Under the pieces are notes generated by a model. That model made no database searches, was not told the origin of the DNA, and saw only the letters and a list, made by a program, of their open reading frames with translations. Below are positions 49,100 to 61,407 of a stretch of DNA of 64,000 bases, one piece after another. The DNA comes from Takakia lepidozioides (Eukaryota; Plantae; Bryophyta). Position 1 is the stretch's first letter. Each line of letters starts with the position of its first letter. The translations under genes were made by a program, and so were the position numbers. Location of the stretch: contig CM060734.1 in NCBI GenBank assembly GCA_030704615.1, positions 16,368,001 to 16,432,000 of the forward strand. Direction: 5' to 3'.

Positions 49100-52000
49100 T
49101 GTTCATTTGTTCGTATCAGGACTTTGTCCATCCCTTCCCAGTCTTTTCTCTTGGCACCCCATCCGAAAACAACCCAAGTACATCAGGCGGGAGCCGTGGG
49201 CGAGACGCCGCCCCCATGGTACCGGACGATGATGACGATGGCAGTGACAGTGACAGTGACAACAACAATGAGCATGGAATTAACCAGGAGGATGTGCAAG
49301 CCATGGAGGATCTCTTAATGCATCATGTGGGCGCTAATGCATCCCATGAAGAGGGAACCCGGCCAATCGATGATCCTGAAATGGCCCCGTCAAATGACAT
49401 GGAGAGGAAGAATAGAACTCCCTTGTACGAAGGCGCGAAAGTGAGTGGACTTTCAACAATCTTACTTTGGCTCAATCTTCAAATTCGATTTGGCATAAGT
49501 AATGCTGGGATGTCTGCCATAATGCGAACTATTGCAGATTATATCCTTGCTCCACACTTGAAACCCAAGATGCCACGGTCGCGGAAAGAGGCGCGCGACG
49601 TCTTGGACTCTGTGGGGATGGGCTATAAGATTTTTCATGCATGTCCATGTGATAAAACCCTATACTACGGAGAGGATTCGCATCTCACCAAGTGCCCAAA
49701 GTGCAAGAAAGACCGATATCGGGATGATGTCAAAGGGAAAAAAGTACCACGCAAGGTATAAGCGTCATTCCCCCTCGCATGGAGATTATTTTCTTTAATC
49801 TTCTCAATGTATGTAAAGTATATTCCACAAAGTTTAGGGTTTAGAGAGTAGTACTCATGCAAGATCTGATTGTGGTTTTGGAAGGAGTGAGTGAGGAGTG
49901 GAAGGAGTGATGTTCGGTTTTGACCATTCACACCCAAATGAGAGAGAGGTTGCATAAAGGGAAAGACATAAAGGTGTTGTATTATGTGTGTTAATGGGAT
50001 GATTACATGTGGGGGGCATGGGGTATTTCATCCTAGAAAATGCATTACTTTCCGATCATCCCGCGATTGAGGGCACAGTACCGAAGCCCCGAATTGGCCA
50101 GACTCATGAGATGACACGCCTCGCATTGGAGCCCCCCGGGAAAGGTGTGCGGGCCACAAGATTCACAAGCATGGAGGCATATTGAAGAGATGTGGCCTTT
50201 TCTCTTGGAGGACCCACGACATGTCCACCTCGGCTTCTCCTCGGATGGGGTCAACCCATTCTCTGTCCAGTCATGTAGTCATTCCACTTGGCTGGTGACC
50301 ATGGTGAATAATTACAACAATATCCCTCCGTATTTTTTAATTAAAAAAGGCCATATCATGTTGGCTGCCATTGTGCCAGGTGAGTATACTCATTTCATGT
50401 TTATTATTGCCTTAGACTTTACATTAAACTTCTGTTCTCTGACGCAATTCGGATGCAAGATTGATGAGTGACATAATCATGGAGTAAGACGAGTAATTCA
50501 TTTTATAGTATAATTTGCATATTGGTGGAGCATTGAAACAATGATGTGAATGTCTCATAGGGAAAAAACAAGTGGCAAACATGGACACGTACTTGCGACC
50601 TCTTGTTGATGAACTTATGGAGCTATGGAGGGGGGTCCCGACATTGGATGCTTCACTTGACCTTATGGCCGGACAATCTTTTCAGATGAGAGGCATCTTG
50701 CTTTGGACAATGCATGATTATCCAGGTATATTATGTTCCCCATGAACAACCCGCGTACATTCACTTGTCAATCCCGGATAATATCGATGAGGATTGGGAT
50801 TGATTGAAGTAGAGGCAACAGTCTTGTGCACCGTAGTGGGGTAGATGGCATTATGGGTCATGCACATGACAACTTTTTGTTTTTGCTAATGTGGCGGGAT
50901 GTGTAGTACATGACTAACTGTTTGCTCGGGGCTAAGCACCAAAGGGTACCATGCATGCTTGCATTGTGGCGATGATCTTGATGCACATAGCTCCCGCCAT
51001 CTTCACAAGATGGTGTATCCCAAATATCGCAAATTTCTTCGTATGAGCCATCGATAGAGACGAAGAGAGAAACACTTATTTGATGGCAAAGAGGAAGTAC
51101 GCCCCCCCCCCTATGACACCGTCCGGGCAGTTTTGGGAGGACCGATGGAAGGAGGCCCATGCGGGCACGGACGGTGAAGTGGACGTGCCCGGCATGAAAC
51201 GATTTTCAATCTTTTACAAGTTGCCATATTGGGCGGTACATATTCCACAAAAACACCGTCAATATCCCTATGTATGCATGTGATATTGCACATTTGGTAT
51301 GCGTTGCATTGTCACTTTCACGTAAAATTTTTTGTGTAAGTCTTTGTGGGTGGGGATATATGTAGGACCTGAAGATTCGCCATCTTCTAGATCCCATGCA
51401 TATGGAGAAGAATGTCTGCTCGTCCTTTTTTTGGGTTCTTCATGGCACGCCGGCAAAGAAGGGAGTGGCTGCAAAAGGAGATTCTCTCAATGTTAGAAAG
51501 GAGCTTGAGGAGCAGGGTCGCATGCGCCATCTATGGGCCGAACAAAATGGTGTGGACCCAAAAGGTGTTGTACGGTGGAAGTATAGGCGCGCACCTTGGC
51601 AATGGACAAAGGAGGAATACAAGAAAGTGATAGCCACCATAAGTGCTGTCCGAACACCAATTGGTTATGGGTCATCCCTCCGTACGAAGTTCATCGAAGA
51701 AGACGGGGTCCATGGTTTGAAGTCTCATGACTACCACAATCTATTGCAAGACATCTTGCCCATTGCAGTACGTGGGACATTGACTCCCGAGGTTCGTGAG
51801 ACAATCTATAGATTGGGAGGCTCCGGTGGATTTGCTCCTAAGAGTTTTTTTCACACATGAAGAAGGAGGCGGCGGAGGTAATGTGTATGTTGGAGATGCA
51901 CCTTCCTCCCTCCTTCTTTGACATCCAAGTGCACTTGGTAGTGCACTTAGTGGAAGAGACTTCGATTGTTGGCCCCGTTCATTCTCGGTGGATGTACTTC

Positions 52001-53307
52001 CTTGAGCGTTATATGAAGACTTTGAAAGGATTTATAAGACAAATGGCGCACCCGGAGGGTAGCATGGCGGAGGGGTATACGTTGCAAGAAGCTATGTTCT
52101 ATTGCACGGAGTACATGGCAAGGGTGGATGAGGAAGCCCCTCAGATGTGGAAGGAAGAGGAGGATGCACAAACCAAGGACATCGTTTTGCCCAAAAAATT
52201 GAAGAGGGTAAAATTGCCGACCTTGGTGATTGAGCAAGCGCATGACTTCATACTGAAGAACACCCCATCCATACATGAGTGGGAGACAAGATACAATAAT
52301 CTTGTTCAGCAACAAGAGGAGGAGACGCTTGCATGGAGGCGGAACCATCCAAGGCCGGTTACTAGACGCCCACGACGAGGAGCGGGCTGCCGGAATGTTC
52401 CTTCACAAAATTTGCCCATGGAATTGCAGCCTCTAAGTTCATTCCAACAGTGGCTTCAGACTTCAGTTTATGACGCCATTGCTCAAGGAGAGGTGGTTTC
52501 AGATTTGGTGCAAGACATTGTAAGGGGCCTCTCAATTCGCGACCCATACACGGCGGTTTGGGTTCACGGTCGTCATTTCCGCATTCGTGCTCTTGACATG
52601 AAGCGCAAAACAACCTTTGATTATGGCTTGTGTGCCACATATTGGCAAGACTCCATGTGGGGCAAGGAAGATACACGACCTGCTTTGAGCAAACTTGAGT
52701 ACATTGGAGAGCTTGAGAGCATACTCCAACTTCAGTATACAAGGTACCGGCCTCTTCTCTTCAAGGGAAGGTGGTTCCAGCCACATCTTGTGGGGCCCTC
52801 CGCAACACTAGTGCAAGATGATTGTGGTGTCATGCGCGTCAATGCAGATAGGCTCAACCCTCCGATGAGCTTTTTTCACTGCCTTCAGACATAGAGCAAG
52901 TTTTCTTCTCCGATGACAAAACAAGAGGGGGGAATTGGAAGGTGGTTGTGCATGCTCAGCCAAGAGGAAGACGTATCTATCATGGTCTCGGATCTCCATA
53001 GGGTGAGGCAATTGCGGTGGATGGAGAGACTGGTCATAATGATGCTGATGATGGAGGTTGGGTAGAGGGGGTAGAAGAGGATGATGACGCCCCGGACAAT
53101 GCATCCTGGACCCTATATGATGAAGCTCTAGAAGATACGGATGTTGGAGAAGGAGACGAAGACACGGCCATTGACAACGAGGTGGAGGACGATTCGGAGG
53201 TGCCTTTTGAGGGCCGGGCCATTTATGACGATGACTCCGATGACCAAGAAGACTTGCAGCTTGATGAGGATGAAGAAGCTCCGGATGATGATGTTCAAGT
53301 TGATTAG
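49100..53307 (+). pseudogene. tnpD: CACTA TnpD/Tnp2 transposase (Transposase_21, DUF4218, DUF4216-like), multi-exon
   Basis: Motifs: HACPCDKTLY..CPKC..RY, YFPIIPRL, LGFSSDGVNPF, WTMHDYPG, DPMHMEKN, GLKSHDYH, PPSFFDIQVHLVVHL, RWMYFLERYMKTLK..PEGSM. It has several stops and frameshifts. Confidence 0.95.
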
Positions 53308-53639
53308 ACACAAAATCAAAGCTACATAACAATTCTTGCACCGAACTGGACCCATCCCTTCGGTTGATTATACATGTACATGCATATTGTACTTTACTTC
53401 TATGATTGATCAAACATGGCCGTGGCTGATAGTCTTTCAAGAAAGAAGGCAGAGGCAATGAATATGTTGGAGCAACACATACAGATGTGGTATCAAGAGA
53501 ATTATCAAAATGAATGTCACAATCTACAATAAGGTCCACAACAACAAGCTAAACCATAAAGAAAAACAAACACCCTACCCCAGTACCATATGAAAAAAAA
53601 AAAACTAGGAACCCCCAAAGGCCCTAAACCTAAATCTAG

Positions 53640-54260
53640 AAAGCCCTGCCGTCGCTTCCTACGACCCCCACGCGTCGCCACCGGCGACGCGGTTTTTAGG
53701 ATTTATAAGGCCGGGGGTCGCAAACGGCGACGGCCAACCGTCGCCAATGCGACCTGTTTTTTTGAATGGATTTATGAGGCCTGGGGTCGCAAACGGCGAC
53801 GGCCAGCCATCGCAAATTGTGACCTGTTTTTTGGTTTTCCAAGAATAGGGCAGCCGGGCAGTTTGCGACGCCCGGCCGTTGCAGGGGCCTTTTGCCCTTC
53901 ATGCCACCATGCGACGGCCTGGCGTCGCAAGAAAGGGCTGCGATGAAAGAAAGGGCAAGAAAGAGTTTTTTTTTTTCGGCGTGCGACGACCGGCCGTCGC
54001 CAGAAAGGGCTGCCTTCTGCCCTTCGCTGGGGGGCGACGCTTGGGCATCGCACGAAAGGGCTGCCATTTGCCCTTCATCAACCCGTGCGACAGCCAGGTG
54101 TCGCCGCCTGGCCCCGGCGCCAGGTGGCGACCCGCGGGGTTTGGCTGCGACGGCCCGGCATCGCAAACCGCTCCGCGGGGTTGGCGTCGCACGCTCGGCG
54201 CCGCGCGGGGCGTGGGGGGCGCGGCTGGCGTCGCAAAACCCCCCCCCATTTGCTGTAGTG
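53640..54260 (+). mobile_element. CACTA right terminus: GCGAC subterminal repeats plus TIR
   Basis: It ends TTTGCTGTAGTG at 54260, followed by the TSD ATG. Confidence 0.93.
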
Positions 54261-54967
54261 ATGGCCTGCTTGCGGGCCACGACGGAGCCAAGCGCACCGC
54301 GGCACTCTTGAAGAAAGAGTATTTCTGGCCCAAACTAAGGGAGGAGGCCGAGGAGTATGTCAAGACATGCACCACATGCCAGCAAAACCGGAGCGAATAC
54401 AAAAAGTAAGCGGGGCTGTTACAACCTTTGCCGATTCCAGAAGGGTCTTGGGAAAGTGTCTCGATGGATTTCATGACTGCTTTGCCACTGTCAAAAGGAT
54501 TTGATGCAATCATGGTCATGGTGGATAGGTTCAGTAAAATGGGTCATTTTATCCCTACCAAGGAGACGGCAATGGCACAGGAGACATGATGACTTTACTT
54601 CGCTCACTCTGCCGCATCCAAGTGCTCCACCCAGTCTGACTAGTCTGCCGATACATAATTCCGCAAGATTTGCTTCACTATGGAGTTCACTTTTTCTGTT
54701 TGGCCGTCCGTTGTAGGTCGGAAGGCCGTGCTCATTTTGAGCCTCGTCCCCATCTTTTTCCAAAATGCCCTCCAAAATTTACTTGTAAACTTTGGATCGC
54801 GGTCTGAAACAATGTCCTTCGGGAGTCCATGATGCTTGAAGTTCTGTTATAATAACATAGAACACTCCGCAATGGGAGCTTCCCCTTTCGTATTGGTCTA
54901 TGGAAAAACACTTCTGGTGCCGACAAGTTGGGTCACCCAGGACGGTGAGGGCCGGCAGCAGCAGCGG
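54261..54967 (+). pseudogene. Chromovirus copy A integrase (continues from 3744), containing a 235-bp inversion
   Basis: DGLLAGHDGAKRTAALLKKEYFWP..SVSMDF. The segment 54607-54841 matches the integrase core in reverse. Confidence 0.9.
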
Positions 54968-55693
54968 TGTCGCGGCCCTTTGCCTTGAGGGCAGGGGGTC
55001 GGGACACAAGAGGGGCTGCCCCTGTGGTAGGGGCAGTGGCAGCGATAGGTATGGGGGGGCTGAAGCACCCTTGAGTGCCCAAAACACTCAAGGAGGCGGA
55101 GGCGCTCACTAGGTGGAGCCCTGCACACCGGGTTGCGGTGGGGGTGGCTCCACAAGGGGTGGTGGTAGCTTAGCGGGACTTAGTGGGGGTGGCATAGGAC
55201 TCATCCTGGGGCGGAGACCTCATGGTGGGAGTCGTGGGGAGTCTTGGGACTCATCACGGTCCATAGGGGCCGTGGTGAGTGGGCCAAGACTCACCGCGAC
55301 TCATCACCAGGAGTCGAGGGTGTTCGTGGTGGTTCACCATAAAATGGCATGGTTGTTTGTGAAACCCCCGCGGACAGCTACAGAAGTATATATAGGGAGT
55401 AGTGACCCCGAGAACGGTGCAAGCCCGCTGGTGACCAAAAGCTAGTGAGTAAGCGAGCGAGCCGGAAAGCGACCAAAGAGTGGGGAGCTGTTCTGGACTG
55501 CCAACTACCAAAGGGAATTCCGCTGGTTCTAAATCGTTGGAGGGTTCTTTGGGAGATCAAGGGGGGACCGTTATGTCCCGGTGAGCAGCCGAAGCTCCAA
55601 GTTGGCCCGGCGGCCAGGTTGGGAGTTAGGCGCGCGCATCAAGCGAGTAATTATGACTTGAGGGGGGAGCTTATCGAAGTGAGGTGCGCGACA
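54968..55693 (+). repeat. 5' LTR of copy B (726 bp)
   Basis: TGTCGCGG..GCGCGACA, followed by CT and TGGTATCAGAGC. Confidence 0.93.
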
Positions 55694-55748
55694 CTTGGTA
55701 TCAGAGCTTAGAGTTCGATACGCAATCGTCCTTGGGATTGGCCTCATC

Positions 55749-58700
55749 ATGGGGTCGGGCAAGCCAAAGCGAAAGCGGAACGACCCAAAAGATGATGATC
55801 CTGGTGAGCCCGATGGGGGCGACATGTCACCGAGGCGGCCGTTTGAGGAAGCGATGCATGTCTCCAAAAACGAGGCCGCTCAAGAGCGGGAGGAATCTGA
55901 GGAGTCGGAGCCTGAGGAATCCTTGAGAGCTCCGACCGACCAACAGATGCCTCCCATGCCGACAATCTTTTGGGAAGGGTTGTTGGCGCAATTTGGCGGG
56001 ACGTTGAAAGACGTGTTGAAGGCGGCTAATACCACTTCCACTAAGGCAAAGTTTAAGGTGAAGCCGAAGGAACCCGACACCTTCGAGGGCGTCCAAAATC
56101 GGAAGGCACTCAACACCTGGCTCTTGGAGCTGGAGCAGTACTTCCGGGCGGCCAAGTTGAGTGACGAGGATCGGGTGGAAGTGGCTCCCACCTATTTGAG
56201 GGGCTATGCTCAACAATGGTGGCAGAAACGCCTTCACGACCGAGGTCCAAGCCCGGAAACCTTGAACTGGAGTGGGTTCAAGGAATTGATGAAGAGACAG
56301 TTTGTGCCCCTCAACGCGTCCTGGCTTGCCCGGGACAAGATGAGGAATTTGAAGCAAACAGATGACATTCGGGGATATGTCCAGGCTTTCAATGTGCTTT
56401 TGCTCGAAGTCGCGGACATGACAGAACCAGAAATGGTCTTCAACTTTGTGGCGGGACTGGCCCCATGGGCCAGGCGGAAGTTGGAGGAGAAGCCACCTAA
56501 GACTTTGAACGAGGCAATTGAGAGGGCTGAATGTTTCTCGGATGTCCCTAGGGGTGAAAGACAAGGCCCTACGGAGCTGAACCACAAGAAGACCCGGCGG
56601 GAAGGTGACTCCTTCCGACCGGAAAAGAAGTGGGATAGGCCACGCGGCAACAATGGCACGTGGAAATCGAAGGGAGGGCCTTCACAAGTCAAGGCGGCAC
56701 CTGGTGCTTCGAAAGGAAAAGCGGGTGGAGCGGCTTATGGCGGACAGAAGGCGACCTTTGATGGAGTGTGTTTCAATTGCGGGGAGCCCGGGCACATGGC
56801 CAAGAAGTGCACGAAGCCCCGGCAATTGAACATGACTCGGGCGACCACAGAGCTGTCGGAAGATACCATCAGTCGCTTGGTGGAAGCGGTGGTCGCCAGG
56901 ACTTGCAAGGTAGGCAATTTTCTTATGAGTTGTATCAAGAAACTGGCGCCTTACGTAAAGGGAGTCAGTTATTGTTCGTGGATGGGATAATATCCGGAAC
57001 TAACGTGTCGTTGTTGGTGGACACAGGAACGTCACACTCCTTCATGACACCGGCAACAGCACAAAAGCTGGGACTCCCGACAAGTGACGTGGGGGCCTCT
57101 ATTGAGGTGCGTTCTGCCAAAGGAGAACCGCAATTGGCGACAAGGTTGGCGTGTGATGTTCCTCTTCAATTGGGGAGTTGGGAGGGAACTTCACCATCTG
57201 CGAGATCGATGGAGTGGATCTCATTTTGGGGATGACCTTTTTGAGCAAGTCCGGAGCGGTCATAGAGGGCCGCAAGAGAGTAGTCACGCTACCATGTGGG
57301 AATGGTGGCGAGGTCTTACGAGTGTCGGAAAAGCCCAAACCCGTGGGAGGGCGAATAAACCTCCTGTCAGCAAGGGAGTGGGCCGTGGAGGAGGCACACG
57401 AGCCCCAGTTTTTGCTCTATATTAGAGAAGTGAAGGGAGAAGGCGATGGGGAGCCGAACCCAGATTGGATCAAGGGGATTTTGGAGAAATACCAGGATGT
57501 GATGCCAGAGGATTTACCAAGCGGATTGCCACCGCGAAGAGGAGTTGACCACAAGATTGAGGTGATACCGGGATCGGAACTGCCTGCCAAGACGCCCTAC
57601 CGGTTGAGCCACAGAGAGTTGGTCGAGCTGAAGACTCAGCTCAAAGATCTAATGTCAAAGGGGTACATCCGGCCGAGTAAGTCACCTTACGGAGCCCCGG
57701 TGCTATTCGCAGACAAGAAGGATGGGACGCTGCGGATGTGTGTCGATTACAGGGCTTTGAATAAGGTGACTATAAAGAACCGGTACCCTTTGCCAATGAT
57801 TGACGACCTTTTCGATCGGTTGGCAGGAGCGAAGTATTTCAGCCGGATCGATCTGCGCTCCGGCTATCATCAAATTCGAGTGGCGGAAGGAGATGAGGAG
57901 AAGACCGCGTGCAGGACAAGGTATGGTTCATATGAGTTCTTGGTGATGCCTTTTGGGCTCACCAATGCACCGGCAATGTTTAGCACGCTGATGAACAACC
58001 TTTTTCAGGAGTGGTTGGATGACTTTGTGATCGTGTACATCGACGACATCTTGGTGTACTTGAAAACAAAGGAGGAGCACCTGGAGCACCTGAAAAGGGT
58101 GTTCCAAAAATTGCGGGAAGGGAAGCTATACGCCAAAGCTTCAAAGTGCGAATTCGGGGTCACGAAAGTGGAGTTCTTGGGGCATGTGATTACACAGGAT
58201 GGGATCAAAATGGATGACAGAAAGGTGAGGGCGATCTTGGACTGGGAGCCTCCGACTTCGGTCCCGGGAGTGCGATCCTTCCTAGGACTCGCCTCCTATT
58301 ACCGGAAGTATGTGAGAAATTTCGCCAAGATCGCGGGGCCACTGTCGGACCTTCTGTGTAAATCCAAAGTCTAGGTATGGAACACCTTTTGTGGCCAAGC
58401 TTTTGCTGCATTGAAGCAGCGGATGGCGGAAGCTCCAGTCTTGAAAATCCCGGAGTTCGATCGTCCGTTCGAGATTCATACAAATGCGTCGGACTTCGCG
58501 ATTGGGGGTGTACTGATGCAAGATGGACGCCCAGTGGCTTACAAAAATAAGAAACTGAATGAAGTGGAGCGACGGTGGCCGACGCACGAGAAAGAGATGA
58601 AGGCGGTGGTGCACTGTCTTGAGTTTGGCGCCACTATGTTGGTTCCAACCCAGTGAAGGTGTTCACGGACAATGTCACGGTGAAGTATTTTGCCACGCAG

Positions 58701-60279
58701 CCCAAGTTGTCCCCAAAACAACTTAGGTGGCAAGATACTTTGGCGGTGTTCGACGTGGATATCCAGTACAAACCGGGACGGGACAACGTGGTGGCCGATG
58801 CCTTAAGTAGAAAGCAGCAGCTTTTGTTGGTGTACAGGGGCGAGACGACGCTCCAAAGGAAGATCCGGAAGGCTTGCCAGAAGGATGAGCTGGCGAAGTC
58901 CGTGATGCAGGACTTGAGGAGGGGGGTTAAATCGCAGTTCCACTTGCAAAATGGACTGCTCCGGTATAAGCAAAAGCGTCTCTACGTGCCGAAGGGAGGG
59001 ATCAGAGATAGTCTCTTGAGAGAATGCCATGATAGCCCGCTTGCAGGCCACGGCGGAGCCAAGCGCACTGCGGCACTCTTGAAGAAAGAGTATTTCTGGC
59101 CCAAACTGAGGGAGGAGGCAGAGGAGTATGTCAAGACATGCACCACATGCCAACAAAACCGGAGTGAGTACAAAAAGCAAGCGGGACTATTATAACCCTT
59201 GCCGATTCCAGAGGGGACTTGGGAAAGCGTCTCGATGGATTTCATGACTGCTATGCCGCTGTCAAAAGGATTCGATGCAATCATGGTGGTGGTGGATAGG
59301 TTCAGTAAAATGGGCCATTTCATCCCCACCAAGGAGACGGCAACGGTGCAGGAGACAGGGCGACTTTACTTCGCCCACATCTTAAAGCATCATGGAGTTC
59401 CGAAGGATATTGTCTCGGACCGCGATCCAAAGTTTACGAGTAAATTTTGGAGGACACTTTGGAAGAAGATGGGGACAAGGCTGAAGATGAGCACCGCCTT
59501 CCGACCTACGACCGACGGCCAAACGGAAAGAGTGAATTCCGTAGTGAAGCAGATCTTGCGGAATTACGTGTCGGAAGACCAATCAGACTGGGTGGAACAC
59601 TTAGATGCGGTAGAGTTCTGTTATAATAACACAAAACACTCCGCAACGGGAGTTTCCCCTTTCGTATTGGTCTATGGAAAAGCACCTCTGGTGCCGACAA
59701 GTTGGGCCGCCCAAGACGTTGAGGAACCGGCAGTAGCGGCGGTACTGGAAGAACGCGAGCGTTTGTTGAAGCTCGCAAAGTACAACATTGCCAAAGCTAG
59801 GAAACGGTATGAAAGACAGACGAATTGGAAGCGGAGGGAAGTGAAGTTTGAGGCAGGCACGGAGGTCTGGTTGAACATCAAGAATTTCCGACTACCTCCG
59901 GAAGTGAGTCCAAAGTTCGTACCTCCGTATGCGGGACCCTTTCGCATCCGGAAGGTTATGAATGAGGATGTGTATGAATTGGAGCTGCCGGCAAACAGCA
60001 AGGTGCATCCAGTATTCCACGTCTCCCTTTTGAAGCCTTACTTCAAAGATGAAGCGCGTCCGAATCGGCATCAAGTGTTGCGTTCGCCACCTGTGCTGTT
60101 GGATCATGAAAATGAACCTGAGTACGAGGTGGTTCAAGAACCGAGAAATGGAGTATCTCGTCAAATGGAAGGGCTATCATCATGTGGAGGCATCTTGGGT
60201 GCGTGCCTCAGAAATGGGAAACGCATCCGAGGCGGTTGCAGTTTTTGAAGGGCGACCTCAAAAGCGGAAGAAGCGTTGA
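55749..60279 (+). pseudogene. gag-pol of copy B (gag, zinc knuckle, PR, RT, RH, IN, chromodomain)
   Basis: Motifs: CFNCGEPGHMAKKC, LVDTG, YIDD, IVSDRD..TDGQTE, YAGPF, YLVKWKGY..ASW. It has stops at ~58372 and ~59193 and several frameshifts. Confidence 0.95.
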
Positions 60280-61182
60280 TGGGGACATCAACCTTGGAGC
60301 GTGGGGAGGAAATGCATGCTTAGCCCGGCTTAGCTAGCTCAGGAATCCGATTGCAAAAACTTGTATTGTACAAAAATTTGTTATAAAGGAAATGGGTTCC
60401 AAATGTTGTGCGTCCTATTTTGTTTGGAATGGTGATGCATGGTGTGGTTGGCTAGTGTGTAGAATGCATGCTAGCTTACAAAAGTGGGAGAGGTAAATTG
60501 GGTTAATCGTGTGTTTGCGCAGTGCCGAAATCGGGTGACTCCCATCCAAGGGGCAAGGAAACATGCGCCTTCTTTGGGAGTTCTCGTGCTAGTGCGCACC
60601 TGGCGCGTGCTCGTACTATAACTGCGCTACCGAGGTGGTTGCCTTGTAGTGCGGGCTAACGCGGAAGCTACGTGCTTCCGTTCACGTACTATAATCGTTA
60701 GCCTCGGGACGAAGTCGTAGTGCGGCTTCGACGTGTTCCCATACCTCAGGCCAGCATTCCAAGACAGACCCAATTGTAGTGATTGGGGCGCACGGTTGGT
60801 TCAAGGTTATCTCCTAGTCAAAGGGGGTTCGAGGTGAACCCTTGCTCAAGGTGATGCCAAAAGCGGCATCATGAGCGGTCGCAAGCAATGTTGTTGCAGT
60901 GTGGCGATTCGATCCTCGGGGAGGATCGTTCCTTGGCCTTGAAGTAGGCCAAGAAGAGTGCACTGGGAGGAGCTTGAGAGGCTCCACCCTTGGCCGGGAC
61001 TTGGAGGAAGTCGGCCGAACTAGCTAGTGGAGAGTAGAGTCAAGTGTGGGGTTTGGTTCTTTGCCATGGGACGCCATGGTACGGAAACAAACTCCTTGAT
61101 GTGGGATGCCACAACTTGGATGTTCGTTTCCACAAAATGTACAAGCCGATGAGGACATCGACTCCCTGTTGGTAGGGGTGTG

Positions 61183-61402
61183 TGTCGCGGCCCTTTGCCT
61201 TGAGGGCAGGGGGTCGGGACACAAGAGGGGCTGCCCCTGTGGTGGGGGCAGTGGCAGTGGCAGCGATAGGTATGGGGGGCTGAAGCACCCTTGAGTGCCC
61301 AAGCTCCAAGTTGGCTCGGCGGCCAGGTTGGGAGTTAGGCGCGCGCATCAAGCGAGTAACTATGACTTGAGGGGGGAGCTTACCGAAGTGAGGTGCGTGA
61401 CA
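61183..61402 (+). repeat. 3' LTR of copy B, internally deleted to 220 bp
   Basis: Both LTR termini are retained; about 500 bp are missing at ~61300. Confidence 0.9.
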
Positions 61403-61407
61403 AGCGG

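Larger units (their letters stand above)
54968..61402 (+). mobile_element. Chromovirus copy B, near full length, TSD AGCGG
   Basis: 5' LTR 54968-55693, PBS-Met 55696-55707, gag-pol with chromodomain, PPT ~61171-61182, 3' LTR 61183-61402. AGCGG is at 54963-54967 and 61403-61407. Confidence 0.96.

Noticed and set aside
53590-54311. Overlapping Arg/Ala-rich ORFs (also 2970-3749)
   Set aside because: They are by-products of GC-rich CACTA subterminal repeats.
56768-56990. gag/pol overlap as a programmed frameshift
   Set aside because: Copy A is in frame across the same point ([11 protein letters not shown]), so this is a 1-bp deletion in copy B.
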